Below, piece after piece: positions 16,632 through 24,351 of a DNA stretch of 37,484 nucleotides. How positions within the stretch are numbered: position 1 is the first letter of the stretch; each line of letters begins with the position of its first letter. The notes below the pieces were generated by a model. It had not been told where the DNA came from and did no database searches. It saw only the letters and a program-made list of their open reading frames with translations. The translations under genes and the position numbers were made by a program. Origin of the DNA: Betaproteobacteria bacterium (GTDB lineage Bacteria; Nitrospirota; UBA9217); contig JBLMWN010000154.1 in NCBI GenBank assembly GCA_050257255.1, forward strand, positions 1 through 37,484, given 5' to 3'.

Positions 16632-16689
16632 CCCATGGTCCCCCGGTGTCCTCGCGCCGGCGGGGATGTTCTTCAAGAATCGAGCGTGT

Positions 16690-16723
16690 AAAGTCCATCC
16701 GTTTGCGGGTGGACTTTTCTTTT
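16690..16723 (+). terminator. Rho-independent terminator after the DUF4912 gene
   Basis: Stem AAAGTCCATCCG / CGGGTGGACTTT (one G:U) with a TTTG loop, followed by TTTTCTTTT. Confidence 0.75.
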
Positions 16724-16819
16724 GTCCCTCGCAGAAAGGCTCCCCGGATGAAGAAAAGAAGGAAGCACGCCCACAGGCGCACGGGCAGCGAGCCGACAGC
16801 AAAGGCCACTGGAGGCAGG

Positions 16820-18400
16820 ATGGAAAAAGGTTATCTCGCGCTGGTGCTGCACAGTCATTTGCCCTTTGTGCGGCACCCGGAGCACGATCAGTTTCTCGAA
16901 GAGGATTGGCTGTACGAGGCGATCACCGAGACCTATATCCCGCTCATCAATGTGTTCGACGGGCTTGTGAACGACGGCGTGGAATTTCGCCTGACCATGA
17001 GTCTCACACCCACGCTCATCTCCATGCTTGCCGACCCGCTGCTTCAGCAGCGCTACCTGCGGCACATTAACAAGCTTATCGGACTGGCTGACAACGAGAT
17101 CGAGCGCACGAAGCATGAACCGCAGTTCAATTCCCTCGCACGCATGTACCGGGACCTATTCGCCAACGCCCGGTTCGTTTTCGAGGAGAAGTACGGCCGG
17201 AACCTCGTGACAGCGTTCCGGAAGTTCCAGGATCTTGGCAAGCTCGAGATCATCACCTGTGCGGCAACGCACGGGTTTCTGCCGCTCATGGAAAACACCA
17301 AGGCAGTGCGCGCGCAGATCATGGTTGCTGTTGAGCATCATGCGAAACATCTCGGACAGGCGCCGAAAGGCATGTGGCTGCCGGAGTGCGGATACTATGA
17401 GGGACTCGACGAAATCCTGAAAGAGGCGGGCATCCGCTACTTTTTCATGGATTCCCACGGGATATTTCACGCCACCCCGCGGCCCAAGTACGGCGTCTAT
17501 ACGCCGATTTACTGCCGCTCAGGCGTTGCCGCCTTCGGCAGGGACATCGAGTCGTCCAAGCAGGTCTGGAGCTCCATCGAAGGCTATCCCGGCGACTACA
17601 ACTACCGTGATTTCTATCGCGACGTGGGATTCGATCTCGACTACGACTATGTCAAACCCTATCTCCATCATGACGGGGTGCGTGTGAACCTGGGCATCAA
17701 ATATTACCGGATCACCGGCGCATCAAACCACAAAGAACCTTATGTCCGGCAATGGGCCCTCGATCGTGCGGCAACCCATGCCGGCAATTTTTTGTTCAAC
17801 CGGGAGAAGCAGGTTGAATGGCTCAGCGGTGTGTTCGGGGACCGGAAGCCGATCATCGTTGCGCCCTACGACGCTGAGCTTTACGGCCATTGGTGGTTCG
17901 AGGGGCCGGACTGGATCAACTTCCTGATCCGCAAGACCGTGTATGACCAGAAAACGGTGCGTCTGATCACGCCGATGGAATACCTCGCCGAAAATCCCCG
18001 GTGCCAGGTCGCCACGCCCTCCCGGTCGAGCTGGGGATACAAGGGATATGCCGAAGTGTGGCTCGATGGGTCGAACGACTGGATCTACCGGCACCTGCAT
18101 AAGGCGGCGGACCGCATGATCGAGCTGGCGCAGGCCTTCCCGCGAGCCGAAGGACTACTTCATCGGGCGCTCAACCAGGCGGCGCGTGAGCTCCTGCTCG
18201 CGCAAAGCTCTGACTGGGCCTTCATCATGAAGACCGGAAGCCACGTAGAATACGCTGTCCGGAGAACGAAGGAGCATGTCCTCAGATTCACGAGGCTGTA
18301 CCAGGACATCAAAGGAAACTGTATTGACGAAAGATGGCTCGGCGATATAGAATATAAAGATAATGTTTTCCCGGATATCGACTACAGCGTCTATGCTTAA
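16820..18400 (+). CDS. GH57-family 1,4-alpha-glucan branching enzyme (DUF1957-containing)
   Basis: The ATG at 16820 is preceded by GGAGG (16811-16815). N-terminus MEKGYLALVLHSHLPFVRHPE, then ...WLPECGY..., DAELYGHWWFEGPDW and SSDWAFIM are typical of GH57 branching enzymes. The track's upstream extension crosses the terminator. Confidence 0.85.
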   Translation: MEKGYLALVLHSHLPFVRHPEHDQFLEEDWLYEAITETYIPLINVFDGLVNDGVEFRLTMSLTPTLISMLADPLLQQRYLRHINKLIGLADNEIERTKHEPQFNSLARMYRDLFANARFVFEEKYGRNLVTAFRKFQDLGKLEIITCAATHGFLPLMENTKAVRAQIMVAVEHHAKHLGQAPKGMWLPECGYYEGLDEILKEAGIRYFFMDSHGIFHATPRPKYGVYTPIYCRSGVAAFGRDIESSKQVWSSIEGYPGDYNYRDFYRDVGFDLDYDYVKPYLHHDGVRVNLGIKYYRITGASNHKEPYVRQWALDRAATHAGNFLFNREKQVEWLSGVFGDRKPIIVAPYDAELYGHWWFEGPDWINFLIRKTVYDQKTVRLITPMEYLAENPRCQVATPSRSSWGYKGYAEVWLDGSNDWIYRHLHKAADRMIELAQAFPRAEGLLHRALNQAARELLLAQSSDWAFIMKTGSHVEYAVRRTKEHVLRFTRLYQDIKGNCIDERWLGDIEYKDNVFPDIDYSVYA

Positions 18401-19784
18401 GCCATCGGTCCTGAAAGAACTTACGAAGATCGTCGATTCTGCCAACCTCTTGACATCGCCGGAAGAGCTGACCGTATATTCCTACGACGCAACCCGGCGG
18501 CAGGCCCTTCCCTGGGCCGTAGCGCGACCCGCATCGTCCTCTGAGATCTCGAAGATACTCACGCTTGCCAATCGCGAACTGTTCCCGGTTGTGCCGCGTG
18601 GCGCAGGGACCGGCATGTCAGGCGGGTCCGTTCCGGTTGAGGGCGGGCTCGTGCTCTCGTTTGAACGCATGAACAAGATTCTTGAGATCGACGAGGAGGA
18701 TTTCCTCGCGGTCGTTGAGCCGGGTGTTGTCACCGGCGATCTGCAGCGCGCCGTGGAGGCAAGGGGGCTCTTTTATCCGCCCGACCCTGCGAGCCACCAG
18801 TTCTGCACACTGGGCGGCAATATCGCCGAGTGCGCAGGGGGGCTCCGGGCGGCGAAGTACGGCGTCACGAAGGACTATGTGCTCGGCCTTGAGGTCGTGC
18901 TGCCCACGGGCGAGATCATCACCACCGGGGCGCGGACCATCAAGAGCGTGGCCGGATACGACCTGACGAAACTCATCATCGGTTCCGAAGGAACCCTCGG
19001 CGTGGTCACGACGAATATCCTAAAGCTCCACCCTTTGCCCGAGAGCGTCAAGGCCTAGGCCGCGTATTTCAATAAGGTGGACGAAGACGCGCGGGCATCG
19101 GCGAAGATTTTAGCGAGCAGGATCGTACCGCGTGCACTCGAGCTGGTTGATCAGGCGGCTCTCCGGGCCGTAGAGACCTATCTCAAGGAAGACCTTTCCG
19201 GGGGTGCCGCAGCCATGCTGCTCGTTGAGGTCGACGGACCCGTGGAGACCACAATGCGCGAAAGCGATCGGATCGCGGATATTCTGACCGGTTCCGGCGC
19301 AGCGCGGGTGCTCCGGGCCGAATCCGCCGCGGATCGGGAGCATCTGTGGAAGGCGAGGCGCTCGATTTCGCCTGCGCTCTATACCATCAAGCCCAAAAAG
19401 GTGAACGAAGACATCGTAGTCCCGAGGAGCAAAATAGCGGACATCCTGCGCGAGATTGATGCGATCGGCCGACGGCATGAACTCCTGATTGTGAATTTCG
19501 GCCATGCAGGCGACGGCAACATCCATACGAACATCCTGATCGATGAAGGGGATGTTCCGCGGGCGGAAGCAGCGGTAAAAGAAATCTTTGCAGCCACGCT
19601 CCGCCTGGGCGGCAGCATCTCGGGAGAGCATGGGATCGGTTTGTCAAAGGCAGCGTATCTCCCGATGGAGCTTGGCCCGGAAGCGCTGGGAGCGATGAAG
19701 CGAATCAAACAGGCACTGGACCCGAACAATATCCTGAATCCGGGGAAGATATTTGTCGATGCGAACGGCCCGAAGCCACGCTGA
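18393..19784 (+). pseudogene. FAD-linked oxidase (GlcD / D-lactate dehydrogenase family) interrupted by one in-frame TAG at 19056-19058
   Basis: Track ORFs 18363..19058 and 19077..19784 share a frame. The N-terminal part carries the FAD_binding_4 motif (VVPRGAGTGMSGGSVP). The C-terminal part is the FAD-oxidase_C domain (ISGEHGIGLSKA...LDPNNILNPGK). The sequence reads through as LPESVKA-*-AAYFNKVDEDA with no frameshift. The ATG at 18393 overlaps the GH57 stop (ATGCTTAA). Confidence 0.7.
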
Positions 19785-19796
19785 TCGGATTGCGGA

Positions 19797-20456
19797 ATGC
19801 GAAAGAGAAAACAAAGAGCACTGAACTGGATAAAAGGCGTCATCGTTGTCACGGCATTCTTGCTGGTGCCATATTCATCATCCTGGGCCGGCAGCGGTAT
19901 GTCATCCCAGACAACCGAGGAGCTCCGGACCGAGGTCCAGGCCCTGCAACAGGAGGCAGCCCGGCTCGAGGAAGAGAACGCGGGGCTCCGCAAGATGCTG
20001 GCGGAACAGGAAGATAACCATCTGTATGTCGTGGTGGATACCGAAAGCAATCGTCTGACACTGCGACAGGGGAATGCCGTGCTCCATACCGCCGTCTGCG
20101 GGACCGGCAGCCGCAAATTTATTGAAGCGGAGACGGGGACGAACTGGTATTTTGAAACGCCCATTGGGTCCTTCACCGTCCTCGGCAAGGAACGGAACCC
20201 GGTCTGGATAAGGCCGGACTGGTCCTATGTCGAGGAGAACATGCCTATTCCCTCCAAGAACGACCCCGATCGGATCGTGCGCGGAGTGCTGGGGAAATAT
20301 GCGCTGCTCCTCGGTAACGGGTATAAGATTCATGGAACGACGTGGACCAAGCTCTTGGGCACGCACTTTACACACGGATGCATCTCCTTAGGCAATGACG
20401 ACCTTGAACTGGTCCATAAAGCGGTGAAGATCGGGACCAAGGTGTACATTTACTAG
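19797..20456 (+). CDS. L,D-transpeptidase (YkuD domain) with signal/anchor and coiled-coil N-terminus
   Basis: YkuD pattern LYVVVDTESNRLTLRQGNAVL...GYKIHGTTW...FTHGCISLGNDD, with catalytic His and Cys present. Confidence 0.85.
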   Translation: MRKRKQRALNWIKGVIVVTAFLLVPYSSSWAGSGMSSQTTEELRTEVQALQQEAARLEEENAGLRKMLAEQEDNHLYVVVDTESNRLTLRQGNAVLHTAVCGTGSRKFIEAETGTNWYFETPIGSFTVLGKERNPVWIRPDWSYVEENMPIPSKNDPDRIVRGVLGKYALLLGNGYKIHGTTWTKLLGTHFTHGCISLGNDDLELVHKAVKIGTKVYIY

Positions 20457-20484
20457 AGGAGATGCTGCATGGCGGGCGAGAAAA

Positions 20485-21000
20485 ATGATGAACAATAAAA
20501 TCCTGTGCGCATTACTCCTGCTATCCCTTTTCCTTCTGGGGGCCGGCAACGGCGAGCAGGACCGGGACGAACGGGGTGCACTGAGCGACATGCAGGCGAC
20601 GCTTCGTGCACGGATCAAAGCCCTGAGGAACGAGCAGGATTATCTGCTGTTCCGTAATACGATGTACCGCACGGACTCGAAATACCTGGTCATCAACATA
20701 ACAAAAAGGACCGGTCAGCTCAAGTACAAGAACCGGCTGCTGAAGGACTTCCGGTTCCGCACCTCAAAGAATTTTCATAATGAAGCACTCCGGACCGGAA
20801 TTGTCGTATTGACAAAAAAAGTTGAAGGCAAGAACGGCCGGCATGCGCTGGTGTTCGGAAAATCGTTCATTGTTCAATGGAAACGAAGTACAGCCGACCT
20901 GCGGAAAACGGACACCCCATACATCTCGGTGACGAGAAAGGAATTATCGTCAATCTTCTACGCTGTTGAAGAAGGCTCGATGGCATATATCGAACGATGA
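20485..21000 (+). CDS. Secreted YkuD-like paralogue lacking the catalytic His/Cys (probable inactive L,D-transpeptidase homologue)
   Basis: Signal peptide MMNNKILCALLLLSLFLLGAG. KYLVINITKRTGQLKYKNRLLKDF aligns with the YkuD start of the upstream gene. FIVQW replaces KIHGT and TPYISV replaces THGCISL. Confidence 0.55.
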   Translation: MMNNKILCALLLLSLFLLGAGNGEQDRDERGALSDMQATLRARIKALRNEQDYLLFRNTMYRTDSKYLVINITKRTGQLKYKNRLLKDFRFRTSKNFHNEALRTGIVVLTKKVEGKNGRHALVFGKSFIVQWKRSTADLRKTDTPYISVTRKELSSIFYAVEEGSMAYIER

Positions 21001-21086
21001 CTTCGCAGCAAACATGGCAGATCCTTCCTGCTCCTTTTTCGTTGCTTGCTGAACGCCTTATCCTGCGCACTCCTTCCACTTTCAGG

Positions 21087-21114
21087 TTGACTCAGCTCTA
21101 TTTACCGGTATAAT
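21087..21114 (+). promoter_or_regulatory. Near-consensus sigma-70 promoter abutting the HD-domain gene start
   Basis: TTGACT (21087-21092), 16 nt, TATAAT (21109-21114). The ATG at 21121 lies 7 nt after the -10 box. Confidence 0.5.
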
Positions 21115-21120
21115 AATTCC

Positions 21121-22533
21121 ATGCGTGAGCTCATGAGCGGCGAAGAATTTTACGACGGTACGGCCCTCCTTGGCGACCCGGTGCACGGCTATATTTCTTT
21201 TACTACGCCGCGCGGCGTGGCGGAGAAGACCGAGAAAGACCTCATAGACACACCGTGGATGCAGCGTCTCCGCCAGATTTATCAGCTCCAGAGCGCGCGA
21301 TGGGTCTATCCCTCGGCCGAACACAGCAGGTTCCAGCATGTGCTCGGCGCAATGCATGTGGCAGGCAGGTTTGCACGCCATCTCTACCCATCCCTCAAGG
21401 CGGCAATACCCGATTGCCCCTCGGCCAATTACGTCGAAGAATTTCTCCGTATTGCCGCCATGCTCCATGATATCGGCCACGGCCCTTTCGGTCATTTCTT
21501 CGATGACAATTACCTTGCCCGGTTTGATCTCACCCACGAGAAGGTAGGTCAGTACATCATCAGGACCGAACTCGCCGACATCATTAAGGCCATCCGCCGC
21601 AGCCCTACGGGTGAGTTCGGCAAGGGAGAAAAGCTGAACCCGGACCAGGTGGCATTCTTGATCGGCAAGGGTACAGCGTCACCCTCTTCGAAGCAGCCGC
21701 GCTGGGTCGTTTTCCTCCAGCCCATTCTTTCGGGCATCTACACCGCGGACAACCTCGACTACGTGATGCGCGACGCTTACATGTGCGGTGTCGCGATCGG
21801 AGCAGTGGACATCGATAGGCTCATGTATTACACGTTCTTCACGGACAAGGGGCTCACGCTCCATAAGTCCGGCCTCACAGCACTGAACATGTTCCTGAAC
21901 GCCCGGCTGTATATGTACACGAACGTTTATTATCACAGGACCACTCGGGCTATCGACGAGCACCTCAAGGAACTCTTCAAAGACACTATGGCCGAACTCT
22001 TTCCGTACAACCCCCTCGAAAATATCAAAAAGTATCTCTTTCTGACCGACTGGTCCTTGCTCGAGGCGGTGCGGAAGTGGGGAAATATCAAGAACGGAGC
22101 TGTTGCGGCTTTGGGGAAAGAGTGGGCCGCCGTCCTCTCCCGCGAGGTCAAATGGAAGATGGCCTATGACGTTACGCTATCCATGCGCGTATTTGAAAAG
22201 GGCAAGACCATCATCGACGAGGCGGAGCTGGTGAAGCGCATCAAAAAGAACCTGCCCCCCAAAATCAAGGAGTTGCCCTTCCGCGTGGACATGGCGAGCC
22301 AGGACCCGAGGCCGATCAACCCGCTCATGATGGGCGAGCGACAGATCTATGTGTTCAATCCTTCAACCCGCAAGGTGGAAAAGGAACCGCTCAAGGATTT
22401 CTTTGATTATATCCCCGCGCGGGTGGTCCAGTGCCGCGTGTTCACGCTGAATCATGACCATGACAGGGAACTCGCCGACATTGTGGACAAGGTCCTCGGC
22501 ATCCAGGAAGAGAGCATCAAAACCAACGTGTAA
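21121..22533 (+). CDS. HD-domain phosphohydrolase, SAMHD1/dGTPase-like (dNTP triphosphohydrolase family)
   Basis: DPVHGYISF, HSRFQHVLGAMHVA, AAMLHDIGHGPFGH and DNLDYVMRDAYMCGV are the HD and downstream motifs of the dNTPase-like HD family. Confidence 0.8.
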   Translation: MRELMSGEEFYDGTALLGDPVHGYISFTTPRGVAEKTEKDLIDTPWMQRLRQIYQLQSARWVYPSAEHSRFQHVLGAMHVAGRFARHLYPSLKAAIPDCPSANYVEEFLRIAAMLHDIGHGPFGHFFDDNYLARFDLTHEKVGQYIIRTELADIIKAIRRSPTGEFGKGEKLNPDQVAFLIGKGTASPSSKQPRWVVFLQPILSGIYTADNLDYVMRDAYMCGVAIGAVDIDRLMYYTFFTDKGLTLHKSGLTALNMFLNARLYMYTNVYYHRTTRAIDEHLKELFKDTMAELFPYNPLENIKKYLFLTDWSLLEAVRKWGNIKNGAVAALGKEWAAVLSREVKWKMAYDVTLSMRVFEKGKTIIDEAELVKRIKKNLPPKIKELPFRVDMASQDPRPINPLMMGERQIYVFNPSTRKVEKEPLKDFFDYIPARVVQCRVFTLNHDHDRELADIVDKVLGIQEESIKTNV

Positions 22534-22800
22534 AAAGCACCCCGCCGCATTTTCTTCCCGTGGTCTTTTTCAGAACGGAACTTTTCATTAACTTCATTCC
22601 CGAGATGTCGCTAGCGCGACGGCTGCCTGAAGTGCCGAATGGAGCAGACGCCTGCTTGGAGAAGGAAAACAAGTATAATTGGTCAAGAAAAATTTTTTTA
22701 TTATTTTCGTTGCCTTTTTTATTTTTTTTGTATATCCTCTATTTATTAGGTGAAAGTGCCTTCTTAGCCGCTCGGGGGACCAATTTTTCATGTGGGGGCC

Positions 22801-24291
22801 ATGATTACGATCAAGGCAGAACATAAAGTTATTATTATCACGCTACTTGCCGTCATCCTCATTTGGACCGTCGAGGCCGCCTACGATTCTCTCATTGTCC
22901 ACAAAGGGCCCTTCCTTCATCTCCTTGGGAATGTAACCGCGCATGAGCCCTTTCTCCGGCTGTTCATGACACTGAGCCTTCTCATCGTCGGGATCGTCCT
23001 GGCCGGACAGGCGAGGGCCGCGGAAATGTCGCACAGACACTCTGCCGCGATCGAGATCTCCATGGACGGCATCGCCATTTACGACCAAGACGGAGCGTAC
23101 GTGTACGTAAACCAGGCTTACGCGTCAATCAACGGATATGCGGACCCCGCTGAGTTGATTGGCAAAACCTATACGAATACCTACGATGAAAAAGAACTGG
23201 AGAGAATGGACCAGGTTTGTTTTCCTGCTCTTCTGAAGAACGGGCGATGGCGTGGTGAGCTCGTTGCGAAACGAAAGAACGGCAGCACCTACTTTCAGGA
23301 AGCATCGGTTACCCTTCTTGAAGACGGCGGCCGGGTATGCATCATCCGCGATATAACGTGGCGTAAGCGGAGTGAGGAGCGTCTGCGCCGCTCCGAGCGG
23401 TCCCTAAACATGATTTTCAACAGCATCCGCGATCCCTTCTGCATTTTTGACAACGAATACCGTGTCATCCGGGCCAACGAGGCCTATGGGGCGCTCAAGA
23501 GCAAACGGGTCGACGATCTGATCGGACGGAAGTGCAATGAGGTGCTTGAGGACGGTAATACGGTATGCGAGGCCTGTGTGGTGGACAAGTCCTTCCATTC
23601 CAAGGACCCCTGCGCCATGGAAAAGCAGATCACGCTTCGAGACGGTTCCTCGATGTGGGTGGAAATCTACACCTATCCCATCCTCGATGAGGAGGGAAAC
23701 GTAACTCATGTCATTGAGTATACGCGCAACATTACGGAACGCAAGAAGTCGGAAGGCGAAAAATGGCGCTTGATCGAGCGGCTGGAATATCTGTCGAGAA
23801 CTGACAGCCTCACGGGCCTCACGAACAGACGGGCACTGACCGACAGCCTCACGTACGAAGTCGACCGCGCAAAAAGGTACAATTCCGAATTATCGCTCAT
23901 TCTGTGCGATATCGACAACTTCAAGGCGATCAACGACTCCTACGGACATGACGCCGGAGACCGGGCCTTGCAGGCCGTTTCCGCAACGCTCAAGACCCTT
24001 CTTCGGAAGGCGGATATCGCCGGGCGGTACGGAGGCGATGAATTCATGCTCATCCTGCCCGAGACCTCGATCGAGGGCGCCCAAAGCCTGGCCGACAAAC
24101 TGCTCACCGTGGTCAGAGACGCCGATCTGTTGTTCCACGACGGGAAACCGATACGACTTTCGCTGAGCATCGGCGTCGCCGGACTCAAGGCGGGCGATGA
24201 GAACATCGATTCCCTGATCAAGCGGGTCGACGATGCAATGTATATTTCCAAGCAGCACGGGAGGAACCGCGTTTCCTCCATCGGCATCTGA
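22801..24291 (+). CDS. Membrane-anchored PAS/PAC diguanylate cyclase (GGDEF with RxxD I-site)
   Basis: Two N-terminal transmembrane segments and two PAS-like regions. GGDEF domain with DIDNFKAINDSYGHDAGD, I-site RKAD and GRYGGDEFML. ATG at 22801 (the track GTG is at 22792). Confidence 0.9.
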   Translation: MITIKAEHKVIIITLLAVILIWTVEAAYDSLIVHKGPFLHLLGNVTAHEPFLRLFMTLSLLIVGIVLAGQARAAEMSHRHSAAIEISMDGIAIYDQDGAYVYVNQAYASINGYADPAELIGKTYTNTYDEKELERMDQVCFPALLKNGRWRGELVAKRKNGSTYFQEASVTLLEDGGRVCIIRDITWRKRSEERLRRSERSLNMIFNSIRDPFCIFDNEYRVIRANEAYGALKSKRVDDLIGRKCNEVLEDGNTVCEACVVDKSFHSKDPCAMEKQITLRDGSSMWVEIYTYPILDEEGNVTHVIEYTRNITERKKSEGEKWRLIERLEYLSRTDSLTGLTNRRALTDSLTYEVDRAKRYNSELSLILCDIDNFKAINDSYGHDAGDRALQAVSATLKTLLRKADIAGRYGGDEFMLILPETSIEGAQSLADKLLTVVRDADLLFHDGKPIRLSLSIGVAGLKAGDENIDSLIKRVDDAMYISKQHGRNRVSSIGI

Positions 24292-24351
24292 CTCTGCCGC
24301 CATCAACAGTACTGCACTGCGGTCACCGCATTCTTTCCCGTTTCCGGGACG

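Noticed and set aside
16478-16819. N-terminal 114-codon extension of the GH57 ORF in the track
   Set aside because: It overlaps the 3' end of the DUF4912 gene in another frame, crosses a strong terminator (16690-16723) and is Arg-rich. GH57 homologues begin at the M-x-x-GYLxLVLH motif, which here follows GGAGG at 16811.
19056-19058. Amber codon as pyrrolysine or genome-wide TAG reassignment
   Set aside because: TAG clearly terminates several neighbouring genes (lipoprotein 2257, copZ 5292, the repeat protein 7552, the selenoprotein 9603). No pyl genes or PYLIS-like context are visible. A nonsense mutation or an assembly error is more parsimonious.
21121-22533. HD/SAMHD1-like protein as an anti-phage dNTP-depletion defence gene
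   Set aside because: The family includes housekeeping dNTPases. The neighbours are ordinary (L,D-transpeptidase, GGDEF). There is no mobile-element or defence-island context, and its GC looks native. It is not supportable from this window.
22560-22826. 88-aa (+) and 76-aa (-) ORFs in the spacer before the GGDEF gene
   Set aside because: They lie in an AT-rich, T-tract non-coding block, have no SD, give low-complexity translations and overlap each other.
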